The notes under the pieces: model-generated
What the model saw: the letters and a program-made list of their open reading frames with translations, nothing else
What the model was told of the DNA's origin: nothing
The model's database searches: none
Position numbers and translations under genes: made by a program
Source: Stellaceae bacterium
GTDB taxonomy: Bacteria; Pseudomonadota; Alphaproteobacteria; ATCC43930; CGMCC-115725
Direction: 5' to 3'
Length of the DNA: 49,343 bases
Assembly (NCBI GenBank): GCA_035632515.1
Contig: DASQGR010000149.1
Location: forward strand, 1-49,343
Shown: piece by piece, positions 1 to 9,395 of the stretch
Numbering within the stretch: position 1 is the stretch's first letter
How the letters are laid out: each line of letters begins with the position of its first letter

Positions 1-1065
1 GCCGACCCCTTCGGCGAGATGCTTGCGGCGGATCGCTTCCGGCGCCAGCACGCCGCCGAGCCCCGGAGTGGCGAGGCTGAGATAGGCGAGCGACAGGATT
101 GCGCTGCGATGCTCGGGCCGGCCGAGGATCGGGTTGTCGGGCCAGGCGGCAAGGTTCAACAGGTGGTGGTGTTGCTGTGCCTTGCCGGTGACGGTGATGC
201 GTCGGCGCACATAGCGGCCACCAGGACGCCCACCGCCATCGACGTGGAAATCGAGCGCCCGGTCGAGCCCCGGCTGGGTCAGCACGATATCGGCGATGCG
301 GCCTTCGAGATGGCCCATGTAAAAGCGGCCGAGCGGCCCGCTTTCGCCGCCGAACGCCAGCGGGATTTCGCGCCGGGCAGCCAGCATCAGCCGCGTGGTT
401 TCCAGCCCGCCGCAGGCGAGCACCACGGCGCGGGAGCGCAGCGTCATCCGCCGGCCCGAGGCCAGCGCCACCGCGAGCTCATCGACCCGGCCGCTCGCCG
501 GGTCGATGGCGAAGCCGGTGGCGACCGCGCCGAGGCAGACGCGAAGGCCCGGATCGCTCTTCAGCGCCCGGTCGTGCAGTCGGCCCAGATCGCGCGTCTC
601 GCTCCAGCGCTCCAGCCGGTCGAGCCGGCATTCGGCGTTGTCGCCGTAGCTGCCGAGCTTTTCCTCGAACACCGGAGGCCCGCAATCGAGATAGCCGGCG
701 GCGGTGTCGTACCACGGCCGAATCGCTTGCGGATCGAGCGGCCAGCCGCCAAACGGCACGTAGTCGCGCGCAGCGAAATCATTGTCGTCGAACGGCACGC
801 AGCGCCCGCCCCACAACAGCGAGGTGCCGCCGAGCGCGCGCCGTACCGCCATCTCCATCGGCGCGTGGCGCCGCGGATCGACCAGGACGGCATCGGCCAA
901 AGCCTGGTAATCGCTGCGGAAACCGTCCATCCCGCCGGCCAGCACCAGGACCTCGACCCCGTGCCGGCGCAATTCCAGCGCCTGCACGATCCCGGCCGGC
1001 CCGGCGCCGACAACGACGACCGGATGGGCGATTGCGTCATCGTCGGAAAGGTCGCTGACGATCAT
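1..1065 (-). CDS. FAD-dependent oxidoreductase, GMC-like (partial; C-terminus lies outside the window)
   Basis: The minus frame is open from the window edge to the ATG at 1065. It is absent from the ORF track because there is no stop in the window. The N-terminus MIVSDLSDDDAIAHPVVVVGAGPAGIVQALELRRHG is a Rossmann GxGxxG FAD-binding motif, and the later RALGGTSLLWGGRCVPFDDN resembles GMC-type flavoproteins. Confidence 0.7.
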   Translation of the reverse strand, partial: MIVSDLSDDDAIAHPVVVVGAGPAGIVQALELRRHGVEVLVLAGGMDGFRSDYQALADAVLVDPRRHAPMEMAVRRALGGTSLLWGGRCVPFDDNDFAARDYVPFGGWPLDPQAIRPWYDTAAGYLDCGPPVFEEKLGSYGDNAECRLDRLERWSETRDLGRLHDRALKSDPGLRVCLGAVATGFAIDPASGRVDELAVALASGRRMTLRSRAVVLACGGLETTRLMLAARREIPLAFGGESGPLGRFYMGHLEGRIADIVLTQPGLDRALDFHVDGGGRPGGRYVRRRITVTGKAQQHHHLLNLAAWPDNPILGRPEHRSAILSLAYLSLATPGLGGVLAPEAIRRKHLAEGVG

Positions 1066-1094
1066 CTTGCCGCCCGGCGTCGCGCGGCGGCAAG

Positions 1095-1991
1095 GTGCGC
1101 CCGATGGACTACGTGACCCTCGCGCCCGGCCTGCCGCCGTCGTCGCGACTCGGCTTTGGCTGCGGCAGCGTGATGGGCCGGGTGGGTCGCGGCGAGTCGC
1201 TGCGCGCGATCGCCGCGGCGTGCGACGGCGGCATCACGCATTTCGATGTCGCCCGCCTCTACGGCTACGGCGAGGCCGAAGCTTTGCTCGGCGAGGCGCT
1301 GCGTGGTCGGCGCGACCGGGTGGTCGTCGCCAGCAAATTCGGCCTTAGCGCACCGTCGCGCGCCGCGGCATTGCGCGGGCTGAAGCCGGTGGCGCAACGG
1401 CTGGCGGCGGCGGTCCCGGGCGCACGCGGCGTGCTGCGCTCGCTGGTCGGCGGCGCGGCGCGGTCGGCCGACCGCTTCTCGGCCGGCGCGGCCGAGGTGT
1501 CGCTCAATCAGAGCCTCGCCGCGCTGGACACCGACTATCTCGACATCCTGTTCCTGCACGATTGCGCGGCCGACGACCTCTCCGACGAACTGGCCGGGTT
1601 TCTCGATCGCCAGCTCGCGATCGGCAAAATTCGCGCCTACGGGGTGGCGACGTCGATCGAGGCCGTACTGCCGGTCTATGCCGCCCGCGGCGGGACGGTC
1701 CTCTACCAGTTCGCCAACAGCCTGGTCGCGCGCAATGCCGAGCGCCTTGCCGGGGCCGAGCGGCAAGTTCTCACTCACAGCCCGTTCCTTGGCGCCGACC
1801 GGCTCGCCGCGCTGGTCGGCCGCGGCGAGGCGCACCAGGCGATGCTGACCTACGCGCTCGCCGCAAAAGCAGTCGCAGTGGTGCTTTGCTCGATGCTCGA
1901 CGCGGCGCATCTCGAGGCCAATCTCGCGGCGGTCGAGCGCCCACGCTTCACCGCCGACGAGATCGCTGCGCTGGCAGCCCGGATCCGATAG
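1095..1991 (+). CDS. aldo/keto reductase family oxidoreductase
   Basis: 298-aa ORF. SRLGFGCGSVMG, GITHFDVARLYGYGEAEALLGEAL and DRVVVASKFG follow the typical AKR motif order. Confidence 0.88.
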   Translation: MRPMDYVTLAPGLPPSSRLGFGCGSVMGRVGRGESLRAIAAACDGGITHFDVARLYGYGEAEALLGEALRGRRDRVVVASKFGLSAPSRAAALRGLKPVAQRLAAAVPGARGVLRSLVGGAARSADRFSAGAAEVSLNQSLAALDTDYLDILFLHDCAADDLSDELAGFLDRQLAIGKIRAYGVATSIEAVLPVYAARGGTVLYQFANSLVARNAERLAGAERQVLTHSPFLGADRLAALVGRGEAHQAMLTYALAAKAVAVVLCSMLDAAHLEANLAAVERPRFTADEIAALAARIR

Positions 1992-2003
1992 CAGAGCCCG
2001 ACC

Positions 2004-2597
2004 TTGCCATCGATCTGGGTCTTCGTCACCGATTGCGGCGACAGTGCGGTCACCCTGCCGCTCGCCGCTCTCGCGCTGTTCTGCCTGGTTGCGACGCGGC
2101 AGCGGCACCTGGCGTTCGCCTGGCTGCTGATGGTCGCCGGCTGCGCAGCGGCGATCGGGGCGCTGAAGCTGTGGTTCGGCGCCTGCGGCAGCAGCATCGG
2201 CATTCCGGCGATTGTCAGCCCGAGCGGCCACACGGCGATGAGCGTGGCGATATATGGCGGGTTGACCTTGCTGATCGGCGCGACCCTGAGGCCGGCGCCC
2301 CGCGCCGCGACCTATGCCGTTGCGATGATGCTGGTGGTCGCGATCGCCATCTCGCGCCTCGTGCTGCACCTGCATGATGCCGCCGAGGTTGCCGTCGGGC
2401 TGGTCACCGGCCTGATCGCGCTGACCGGCTTTGCCGTGGCGATGCGGGGACAGGCGGTTCCCGAATCGCTCGCCATCCGGCTGCTCGGTTGGGGCTTGCC
2501 CGTCATTGTGCTGATGCATGGCACCCGGCTTATGGTCGAACCCGCGTTGAACCGTGTCGCCGGGGCATTCCGCCTGGTCTTGCCGTGGTGCGGCTGA
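2004..2597 (+). CDS. PAP2-family membrane phosphatase
   Basis: 197-aa polytopic membrane ORF with the PSGH motif (SPSGHTAMS) and a later HDAAEVAVG, matching the PAP2 C2/C3 signature positions. Confidence 0.75.
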   Translation: MPSIWVFVTDCGDSAVTLPLAALALFCLVATRQRHLAFAWLLMVAGCAAAIGALKLWFGACGSSIGIPAIVSPSGHTAMSVAIYGGLTLLIGATLRPAPRAATYAVAMMLVVAIAISRLVLHLHDAAEVAVGLVTGLIALTGFAVAMRGQAVPESLAIRLLGWGLPVIVLMHGTRLMVEPALNRVAGAFRLVLPWCG

Positions 2598-2608
2598 GCG
2601 GGACGGCG

Positions 2609-3397
2609 CTACGCCGCCTGCTTGTCGGCCTGGGGTTTGTTCGCCCGTTTTTCGCCCGGGAGCCCGAGGCTGCGCAGCATGTCGTCCACCGGGAGAACCG
2701 TGGCGTTCTGCGCGGCGTAGGCGACGACCCACTCAAGCTGCTCGGGGGTGCAGCCAAAGGCCGAGGGCGTATCGGAAACGTCATGGGTGTAAAAGACGAT
2801 CCACCCGCCTTGGGCCCGGCTGTCATCGATCAGCTGGCACAGCCGGGCGCGGTCGAACACGCCGGCGTAGATGTGGATGCCGAGCAGATCGGCCAGGTCG
2901 ACGGTGCCCTGGTTGATCCCCTGGCCGGTGCTGCGGCACGAGGCGAAGCGACGGCTCAGCGCGTGTTTCGCGGCGAGCGATACGGCGCCGTAGGGGTAGG
3001 CGAAATTGCTCATGGTCGCGCCGTCGAGCAATCGGCTCAGCGCCGCGGCGTTCTCGTCGATCTCGGCGAGGATCTCGCTGGCCGGAGCGCGGCGGCAATC
3101 GCGGTGGTTGAAGGTGTGGCAGGCGATCTCGTGGCCGCGAGCATGCACCTCGCGCAGATCGTCGATCGTGAACATCGGGCCGAGATGGTTCTCGGTGCCG
3201 GCGAGGTTCAGCGCCGCGTAGTAGGTGCCGCGCAAACCGTGTCGTTCGAGGATCGCGCCGCCGTTCAGCCATGCCGAACGCGGAAAGTCGTCAAAGGTGA
3301 ACGAGACCGCGCCGCCCGGCCAACTCACTTTTGCCGGCCGGGTGCACAGGAAGCCGCCGATCTCCCGAGCCAGGCGTGCCGCTATCGAAGAACGCAT
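2609..3397 (-). CDS. polysaccharide deacetylase family protein
   Basis: 262-aa ORF. VSFTFDDFPRS (the TFDD motif) and HEIACHTFNHRD (the HxxxH metal motif) are characteristic of the NodB-type deacetylase fold. Confidence 0.85.
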   Translation of the reverse strand: MRSSIAARLAREIGGFLCTRPAKVSWPGGAVSFTFDDFPRSAWLNGGAILERHGLRGTYYAALNLAGTENHLGPMFTIDDLREVHARGHEIACHTFNHRDCRRAPASEILAEIDENAAALSRLLDGATMSNFAYPYGAVSLAAKHALSRRFASCRSTGQGINQGTVDLADLLGIHIYAGVFDRARLCQLIDDSRAQGGWIVFYTHDVSDTPSAFGCTPEQLEWVVAYAAQNATVLPVDDMLRSLGLPGEKRANKPQADKQAA

Positions 3398-3525
3398 GAA
3401 CGACTACTCCCGAGGTGCTACGCAACGACCACCCGTCCCTACAGCTCCGGTGTAGCGCGATTATGTTGTCGAGAAATTAATGTTCGCCGTGGCAACCTCC
3501 CGGGGACGTCCCGGGACAAGAGCCG

Positions 3526-4434
3526 ATGATCGAGACGAGCGTCGTCATTCCGTCCTATCGCCGGCCGGATGATCTCGAGCGGGCGATCCGCAGCGTATTG
3601 GCGCAACGCGATGTCGCCACGCCCTATGAGATCCTGGTCGTCGACAACGACGCCGAAGGGTCGGCCCGGCCGGTCGCCGAGCGGATGGCGGCGGCGAGCG
3701 CCGTGCCGATCCGCTATGTCTGCGAAAAGCGGCCGGGCATTTCCCACGCCCGCAACACCGGGGTTGCCCATGCCGCCGGCCGCTACCTTGCCTTCCTCGA
3801 CGACGACGAGGTGGTCGATCCGCGCTGGCTCGCGCACTTCCTCGACACCTTCCGCCGCTTCGGCGCCGACGCCGTGGTCGGCCCGGTCTATCCCAGCTTT
3901 CCCGACAACGCAGCCGCGATCGATGCCTATCGTCGCGGCGTCTATACGCGCGACGCGCGAATGCCGACCGGAACGCCGCTGCTGCGCTGGAACATCGGCA
4001 ACAGCATCTTCGACAAGGCGCGCTGCTTCGTCAGCCCCGAACCGTTCCTGCCCCGGCTCGGCCGCACCGGCGGAGAGGACACGGTGTTCATGCGCCAGAT
4101 GACCCGGCGCGGCTGCAAGCTCGTATGGTGCGGCGAGGCGAAAGCATGGGAAACCGTGCCCGAGGATCGGCTCGAACCGCGCTACCTGTTGCGGCGCGCG
4201 TTTCGCGGCGCCCAGACCACGACCTTTGTCTGCATCATCGTGAAGCCGCGCGAGCCCGGCCGGGCCCTGCGGCTGATGGCGGGGGGCTGCGTCCAGGTCG
4301 CGCTCTACGGCCCGATGGCGCTGGCGCTGAAGGCGATCAATCACGCGCGCTGGCTGCCGCTGATGGCAAAGGCGGTCGGCGGGCTCGGCAAGGTGTTGTG
4401 GCACCCGAGCCTGCATCCGCGGTTGTATCGGTAG
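3526..4434 (+). CDS. family 2 glycosyltransferase
   Basis: 302-aa ORF. The N-terminus VVIPSYRRPDDLERAIRSVLAQ, VVDNDAEG and FLDDDEV (a DxD-like motif) are typical of GT2. Confidence 0.88.
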   Translation: MIETSVVIPSYRRPDDLERAIRSVLAQRDVATPYEILVVDNDAEGSARPVAERMAAASAVPIRYVCEKRPGISHARNTGVAHAAGRYLAFLDDDEVVDPRWLAHFLDTFRRFGADAVVGPVYPSFPDNAAAIDAYRRGVYTRDARMPTGTPLLRWNIGNSIFDKARCFVSPEPFLPRLGRTGGEDTVFMRQMTRRGCKLVWCGEAKAWETVPEDRLEPRYLLRRAFRGAQTTTFVCIIVKPREPGRALRLMAGGCVQVALYGPMALALKAINHARWLPLMAKAVGGLGKVLWHPSLHPRLYR

Positions 4435-4480
4435 GCGCGGCTGCGGAGCGGATTGCGGTGCTGCGCGCAAGGGCGTCCGT

Positions 4481-5389
4481 TTACCCGTCGGCCTCTTGGC
4501 GCAGCCAGTCGCGGAAGACGCGGACCTTGGGCCGCTCCAGCGCGCCCGGCGCGGTGACGATGTAATAGGCGAACAGGTCGGGCAACGACAGCGAGAACAG
4601 CCGCACCAACCGGCCGGTCGCGAGGTCGGCGGCGGCCGTGGTGCTGTAGGCGAGGGTGACGCCGTGCCCGGCGATCGCTGCCTCCAGCGCCAGATGGTTG
4701 GTGCTGAAGGTCAGCCCCGGCGCGGTCGGCAGGTCGCTCACCCCAGCCGCCTTCAGCCACATCGCCCAGGTCGGCACCAGCGGGTCGCGATCGACTGCCT
4801 GGTCGTGCAGCAAGGCATGGTGGAGCAGGTCGGCCGGTGACTCGAGCGGCGGGCCGCGTCGCAGCAATTCCGGGCTGCAGGCGGGGAACACCTCGTTCTT
4901 CAGCAGCAGCTCGACCGTCAGTGCCGGGTAGCGCCCGTTGCCGTAACGGATCGCGACGTCGTAGTCGCCGCGCATCAGGTCGACGACCTCGTCGCTCGCC
5001 GAGATCCGCACATCGACCTCGGGTGAGATTTCTTGAAACCGGTAGAGGCGCTGCACCAGCCATTTGCCGGCGAACGACGGCGAGGCGGTAACATTCAGGG
5101 TGCCGGTGTCGTTATGCGCTCTCAGGCGCCGCACCGAGGCCTGGATGCCGGCAAAGGCCTCGCTCAGCCCCGGCAGCAGCACCCGCGCCGAGGCGGTCAA
5201 TTCGACCGCGCGGCTCAACCGGTTGAACAGCTTGACCCCGAGATCGGCTTCGAGCGCGGCGATCTGGTGGCTGATCGCCGCCGGGGTCACGCTGAGCTCG
5301 TCGGCGGCCTTCGAAAAACTCGTCAGCCGCGCCGCCGCCTCGAAGGCGCGCAGCGCACTCAGCGGCGGCAGGTGCCCTGTTTCCGGCAT
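4481..5389 (-). CDS. LysR-family transcriptional regulator (GcvA-like)
   Basis: HTH region LPPLSALRAFEAAARLTSFSKAADELSVTPAAISHQIAALEADLGVKLFNR. The start is placed at the internal Met (MPETGH, 5389) rather than at the ORF-track start 5461. Confidence 0.88.
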   Translation of the reverse strand: MPETGHLPPLSALRAFEAAARLTSFSKAADELSVTPAAISHQIAALEADLGVKLFNRLSRAVELTASARVLLPGLSEAFAGIQASVRRLRAHNDTGTLNVTASPSFAGKWLVQRLYRFQEISPEVDVRISASDEVVDLMRGDYDVAIRYGNGRYPALTVELLLKNEVFPACSPELLRRGPPLESPADLLHHALLHDQAVDRDPLVPTWAMWLKAAGVSDLPTAPGLTFSTNHLALEAAIAGHGVTLAYSTTAAADLATGRLVRLFSLSLPDLFAYYIVTAPGALERPKVRVFRDWLRQEADG

Positions 5390-5522
5390 GAGAATTTCTA
5401 ACTCGTTGCTGAAAAACTCTCGTTTGCGGATTGGTGTAATGACGCCCATTTTCCCGTGCAAGGAGCAAGCAGGCTCCGAATTTCGACGAGATCAGAAGGT
5501 TAGGACTTCTCACACGGCAACC

Positions 5523-5672
5523 ATGCATTTGCGAACCACGTTGCGCGAATGGCGGCGGCGCATCCGCGATCGCCGCGAACTCGCCGGGCTGGGCGAAGAG
5601 ATGCTGCACGATATCGGCATCTCCCGCGCCGAAGCCCAGTACCTCGCCAACAAGCCGTTCTGGAGGGAATGA
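5523..5672 (+). CDS. DUF1127-type small protein
   Basis: 49-aa tail of ORF 5064..5672 starting at ATG 5523. WRRRIRDRRELAGLGEEMLHDIGISRAEA matches the DUF1127 pattern (R-rich helix, then LsDhmLkDIGisR). It is divergent from the LysR gene. Confidence 0.72.
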   Translation: MHLRTTLREWRRRIRDRRELAGLGEEMLHDIGISRAEAQYLANKPFWRE

Positions 5673-5889
5673 TGACCACGCACCGCAACACCGCGCCGGC
5701 CGGGATTTGGCGCCGGACTACCAAGGCTCTCGGCAAGCTGTGGGTCGAGATGATATCGTTGCCCGATCGCGGCCAGGCCGCACCGAGGCGCGACCCGCCG
5801 GTGGAATTTTTCCGCTTCCCCCCGTTCTAGCCTGCCCAACTTCTCGCCTGCCCGATTTCAGCTCGCAAATCTCACGGAGGACCCTATCG

Positions 5890-6723
5890 ATGACCGACCG
5901 TGCCAAACTTGCTCACGTCGAGGCCGAACTGAACTACATGGCCCCGATGGCGATCCGCCCCAGCTATCTCGCCTATGATCCGGAGCCTGGCGAGCCGCGT
6001 TCGAACATGACCGCCGATCCGCACTCCGTCAGCATCTACGACATGCGGCCGATCCAGAAGGAGCTCGATCTCGACCGCGAAGGCTTCGGCCTCGTCGAGC
6101 ACCGCAGCGCGGTCAAGGATTTCTGGGACGATGACGAGGTGCGCCGCGTCTATTACCCGGAAGCCGAAGCTTTTATCAAGGAGCACACCGGCGCCAGCCG
6201 CGTCTTTATTTTCGACCATCTGCAGCGCCGCCGCGTGCCGGGCCTGCGCGACTATTCGCGCAGCGGTCCGCGCCAGCCGGCGACCCGCGTCCATGTCGAC
6301 CATACCGCCCGCTCGGGCCCGCAACGGGTGCGCGACCTGCTCCCCGACGAGGCCGAGGAGCTGCTGAAGGGTCGCGTCCAGGTGATCAATCTGTGGCGTC
6401 CGATCAAGGGCCCGCTGCAGGATTCGCCGCTGGCGCTGTGCGATGCCCGCACGGTCGACAAGGACGACCTCGTGCCGTCGGACCTGGTCTACAAGAACCG
6501 CGTCGGCGAGACCTATTCGGTCACCTACAACCCGGCGCATCGCTGGTACTACGCGCCCGAGCTCCGGCGCGACGAGGCGCTGCTGCTCAAGATCATGGAC
6601 AGCAAGGACGACGGCCGGGCGCGGTTCATGCCGCACACCTCGTTCACCGACCCGACCACCCCGGCGGACGCCTTCCCGCGCGAAAGCATCGAGCTGCGCA
6701 CGCTGGTGTTCCACCCGGCGTAA
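5890..6723 (+). CDS. CmcJ/NvfI-like oxidoreductase family protein
   Basis: Starts at ATG 5890 (MTDRAKL). REGFGLVEH, VRRVYYPEAEAFIKEHTGASRVFIFDH, VHVDHT, VINLWRPI and PLALCDARTV follow the conserved layout of the CmcJ-like family. Confidence 0.7.
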   Translation: MTDRAKLAHVEAELNYMAPMAIRPSYLAYDPEPGEPRSNMTADPHSVSIYDMRPIQKELDLDREGFGLVEHRSAVKDFWDDDEVRRVYYPEAEAFIKEHTGASRVFIFDHLQRRRVPGLRDYSRSGPRQPATRVHVDHTARSGPQRVRDLLPDEAEELLKGRVQVINLWRPIKGPLQDSPLALCDARTVDKDDLVPSDLVYKNRVGETYSVTYNPAHRWYYAPELRRDEALLLKIMDSKDDGRARFMPHTSFTDPTTPADAFPRESIELRTLVFHPA

Positions 6724-6737
6724 CGTCTCCACACTCC

Positions 6738-6812
6738 TCGCCCCTGCGAAAGCGGGGGCCGGGGCTTGCGATGTACCGTTGGCTCCGGATCCCCGCTTCC
6801 GCGGAATGACGA
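6738..6812. repeat. REP-like intergenic hairpin elements
   Basis: One hairpin is gcccctgcgaaagcgggggc (6740-6759). A second module is ccgcTTCCGCGGAAtgacg, with a 10-bp palindrome at 6797-6806. Related cgggaatga or gtcattcc motifs recur at 8385-8404 and 23283-23310. Confidence 0.55.
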
Positions 6813-6896
6813 TCGGAAAGCGATACGGCTCCCCGCCCTGTGGCGGGGGGCTTTTTGTTGTAGTGTTGCGGCCAACAACCGATGAGGGAGGGTGCG

Positions 6897-7826
6897 ATGA
6901 AGGCGATGCTGCTGGTGAAGCACGGCGGGCTCGATGCTCTGCAATACGGCGACGCGCCGGACCCGGTGGCGGGGCCGGGCGATGTCGTCGTCGATATCCG
7001 CGCCGCCAGCGTCAATGCCGCCGACTACAAGATGCGGCTCGGCGGCGGCCACTATCAGACCGGCGGCCTCAAATTCCCGCACATTCTCGGGCGCGACTTC
7101 TCCGGCGTGGTCAGCGCGGTCGGGCCTGGGGCCGACCTCAAGGTCGGTGACGAGGTGGTCGGGGTGACGATCCCCGGCACCGAAGGCGCCTATGCCGAAA
7201 AGATCGCGATCAAGGCGGCGATCATCGCCAAGAAGCCGAAAAAGCTGAGCCATGCCGAGGCGGCGGCGATGGCGCTGACCAGCCTCACCGCGATCTGGGC
7301 GCTGGAAGACACCGCCAAGCTGAAGCGCGGCGAGACGGTGCTGATCCAGGGCGGCGCCGGCGGGGTCGCCGGGTTTGCGATCCAGCTCGCCAAGCATCTC
7401 GGCGCGACGGTGATCACCACCGCCAGCGCCAGGAACCATGATTACGTCAAGAAGCTCGGGGCCGACCGGGTGATCGATTACCAGAAGGAGGATTTCACCA
7501 AGGTTGTCGGGCCGGTCGATGTCGTCTTCGACACCGTCGGCGGCGAGGTGCAGGTGCGTTCCTACGAGGTGCTGAAGCCGGGCGGGCGGCTGGTGTGGAT
7601 CGCCGCCGCGCCCGCGGGGTTCAAGCCCAGCCGCGCGGATGTGCAGGTGCTGCGCCCCAAGGTCGACCGCGACCGCGCCCATCTCGAACGCATGGCCGAG
7701 CTGCTGGAGGCGGGCGCGGTCTGGCCGCCGGCGATCACCCGCTATAAGCTCGCCGACGCGGCCGAGGCCCACCAGGTCAGCGAAGGACGCCACCTGCAAG
7801 GCAAGCTGGTGCTGGAGGTGGGGTAG
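6897..7826 (+). CDS. NADPH:quinone oxidoreductase / zinc-type alcohol dehydrogenase superfamily (MDR)
   Basis: A GGGAGGG RBS lies before ATG 6897. MKAMLLVKHGGLDALQYGD, VVVDIRAASVNAADYKMRLG and VLIQGGAGGVAGFAIQLAKHLGA (the nucleotide-binding motif) are typical. Confidence 0.88.
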   Translation: MKAMLLVKHGGLDALQYGDAPDPVAGPGDVVVDIRAASVNAADYKMRLGGGHYQTGGLKFPHILGRDFSGVVSAVGPGADLKVGDEVVGVTIPGTEGAYAEKIAIKAAIIAKKPKKLSHAEAAAMALTSLTAIWALEDTAKLKRGETVLIQGGAGGVAGFAIQLAKHLGATVITTASARNHDYVKKLGADRVIDYQKEDFTKVVGPVDVVFDTVGGEVQVRSYEVLKPGGRLVWIAAAPAGFKPSRADVQVLRPKVDRDRAHLERMAELLEAGAVWPPAITRYKLADAAEAHQVSEGRHLQGKLVLEVG

Positions 7827-7845
7827 GCGGTTTTACCGCGTGCGG

Positions 7846-7866
7846 TCGGGCATTCGCCCGATTTTT
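7846..7866 (+). terminator. rho-independent terminator candidate
   Basis: Stem tcgggc, loop attc, stem gcccga, followed by ttttt, about 20 nt after the stop of the quinone oxidoreductase gene. Confidence 0.6.
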
Positions 7867-7919
7867 CGGCACCGGACGGGGGGCGGGCCGGAACCGCAAC
7901 TTTAACACAGGAGGAAGGC

Positions 7920-8294
7920 ATGGCAGGCAACGGACAGATGGTCATCGATCTCGACAAGAAACGCATGTCGGCGATGGCCGAGAAGGATATCAAGACGCTC
8001 AATGAAATCATCTCGGACGATCTCGTCTACACCCATTCCTCGGCCCGGCTCGACACCAAGAAGAGCCTGATCGGCAACATGGAATCGGGCTCGACCGTGT
8101 ACACTTCGGTAGTGCCGTCAAGCGTCAAGGCGCAAGACCTCGGCGACACCGTGGTGCTGACCGGCGAGTGCAAGATCAGCGTCAATTCCGGCGGCAAGGC
8201 GAACAGTTTTGGCGTCCGCTTCACCGACGTCTACGCCAACAAAGGCGGCAAGTGGCAAATGGTGACCTGGCAATCGACCCGGTTGCCGGATTAG
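7920..8294 (+). CDS. SnoaL-like / DUF4440 (NTF2-fold) protein
   Basis: 124-aa ORF with a strong RBS (caggaggaagg). The DDLVYTHSSARLDTKKSLI ... VRFTDVYANKGGKWQMVTWQSTRL pattern is typical of DUF4440 proteins. Confidence 0.75.
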   Translation: MAGNGQMVIDLDKKRMSAMAEKDIKTLNEIISDDLVYTHSSARLDTKKSLIGNMESGSTVYTSVVPSSVKAQDLGDTVVLTGECKISVNSGGKANSFGVRFTDVYANKGGKWQMVTWQSTRLPD

Positions 8295-8323
8295 CTTTTC
8301 AGTCCCGGATTAGCTCTTCAGTC
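8286..8323. repeat. 19-bp tandem duplication (2 copies, 1 mismatch)
   Basis: ccggattagctTttcagtc (8286-8304) is followed by ccggattagctCttcagtc (8305-8323). Copy 1 contains the TAG stop of the upstream CDS. Confidence 0.85.
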
Positions 8324-8414
8324 ATCGACTCGCGCAGTCGGGACCCGGAACTCGCCCGCGGGTTTTGCCGAGGCAAGTTCTGGGTTCCCGTTTCGCGGGA
8401 ATGAGGCGAACAAG

Positions 8415-9395
8415 TTACATCGCCCGTGCCATTCGTGCGGCGCGGCGGTCCTTCAGCGGCTGCGCCCGCGGCCAGGTGAACTCGGGCACCCCGGCCAGGC
8501 GCGGGTTGCTGACCCGCGTCTGCCAGTTCCACTCGTCGCCTTCCATCTGATAGCTCTGCTGGCTTTGCATCGGGTTGCGGTTGACCAGCGGCCGCGCGTA
8601 GAGCGGGTGGGTCATGCTGCGGATCTCGTGCTCGATCTCGAACAGCGTCTCGTTGGTCTTGAGGTCGACGATGTGCTCGAAGCGGTATTGGTAGGCGTTG
8701 CTCTCCTCGGTCAGCACTTCGCGCTTCAGCAGCTCCTTGTAGGGGCGCGAGAAGTTCTGCACGTAAACCTGGATGTGGTGGCCGTCATACGGCACCTTCT
8801 GCGCGCCCTTCTTCTGGCGGAAGCGCAGTTCCTGGTGGTGGCCGACACCGACCCGCGCGACGCGGTCTTCGCCCTTGCCTTCGATGCAGGTCTGCGCGTC
8901 GAAGATCTTGCGATAGAACTTGGCGATGCCCTTCGCCGTCCCCAGCGGCGCGTTGAATTCGAGATAGGGCATTCCGAGGCTGACCGCGCCGAAGCGCGCT
9001 TCGTCGGGGCTGTGCATGTTGAAAATATTGCCCCACGGGCAGGTCACTTCGACGTATTCGTTGTTTTCCCTGACCTTGAACTCGGTGCCGGCAAGGCCCT
9101 TCGACACGTTGTCGAGGCGCTTCAACAGCGCTTCCCGGTCGGGGGTGACGAGACCGATCGCGCCCCGCAACACCCACGGCTCGCCGGTCGGCAAATGGAA
9201 CTGGCTCCTGCCGACATTGATCCACATGTTGGCGAGCCCGGTGTTCATGTACGGGTCGCGGGTCAGGCCGAGCCCTGAAATGTAGAACAGGGTCCCCAGG
9301 CTCTGGTCGGGGATCTGCAGGTTGACGTGTTCGAGCCCGACGATGTTGCCGAGGTCTTCGGCGTCGCGGTCGTAATGTTGAACGTCCTTGGCCAT
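8415..9395 (-). CDS. conserved hypothetical protein, possibly VOC/glyoxalase-fold-like
   Basis: 326-aa ORF with ordinary amino-acid composition and no competing gene. LEHVNLQIPDQSLGTLFYISGLGLTRDP resembles the first beta-alpha-beta unit of VOC-fold enzymes. The family assignment is uncertain. Confidence 0.6.
   Translation of the reverse strand: MAKDVQHYDRDAEDLGNIVGLEHVNLQIPDQSLGTLFYISGLGLTRDPYMNTGLANMWINVGRSQFHLPTGEPWVLRGAIGLVTPDREALLKRLDNVSKGLAGTEFKVRENNEYVEVTCPWGNIFNMHSPDEARFGAVSLGMPYLEFNAPLGTAKGIAKFYRKIFDAQTCIEGKGEDRVARVGVGHHQELRFRQKKGAQKVPYDGHHIQVYVQNFSRPYKELLKREVLTEESNAYQYRFEHIVDLKTNETLFEIEHEIRSMTHPLYARPLVNRNPMQSQQSYQMEGDEWNWQTRVSNPRLAGVPEFTWPRAQPLKDRRAARMARAM

Noticed and set aside
1062-2732. 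556-aa minus-strand ORF overlapping the aldo/keto reductase and PAP2 genes
   Set aside because: It is Arg/Ala/Gly/Pro/Gln-rich with no recognisable motifs. It lies antisense to two ORFs with clear family signatures, which is a typical spurious long ORF in high-G+C DNA.
3498-3516. Near-palindrome tcccggggacgtcccggga just upstream of the GT2 gene start
   Set aside because: It is a single imperfect G+C-rich palindrome of a kind expected by chance in this composition, with no second copy or recognisable consensus.
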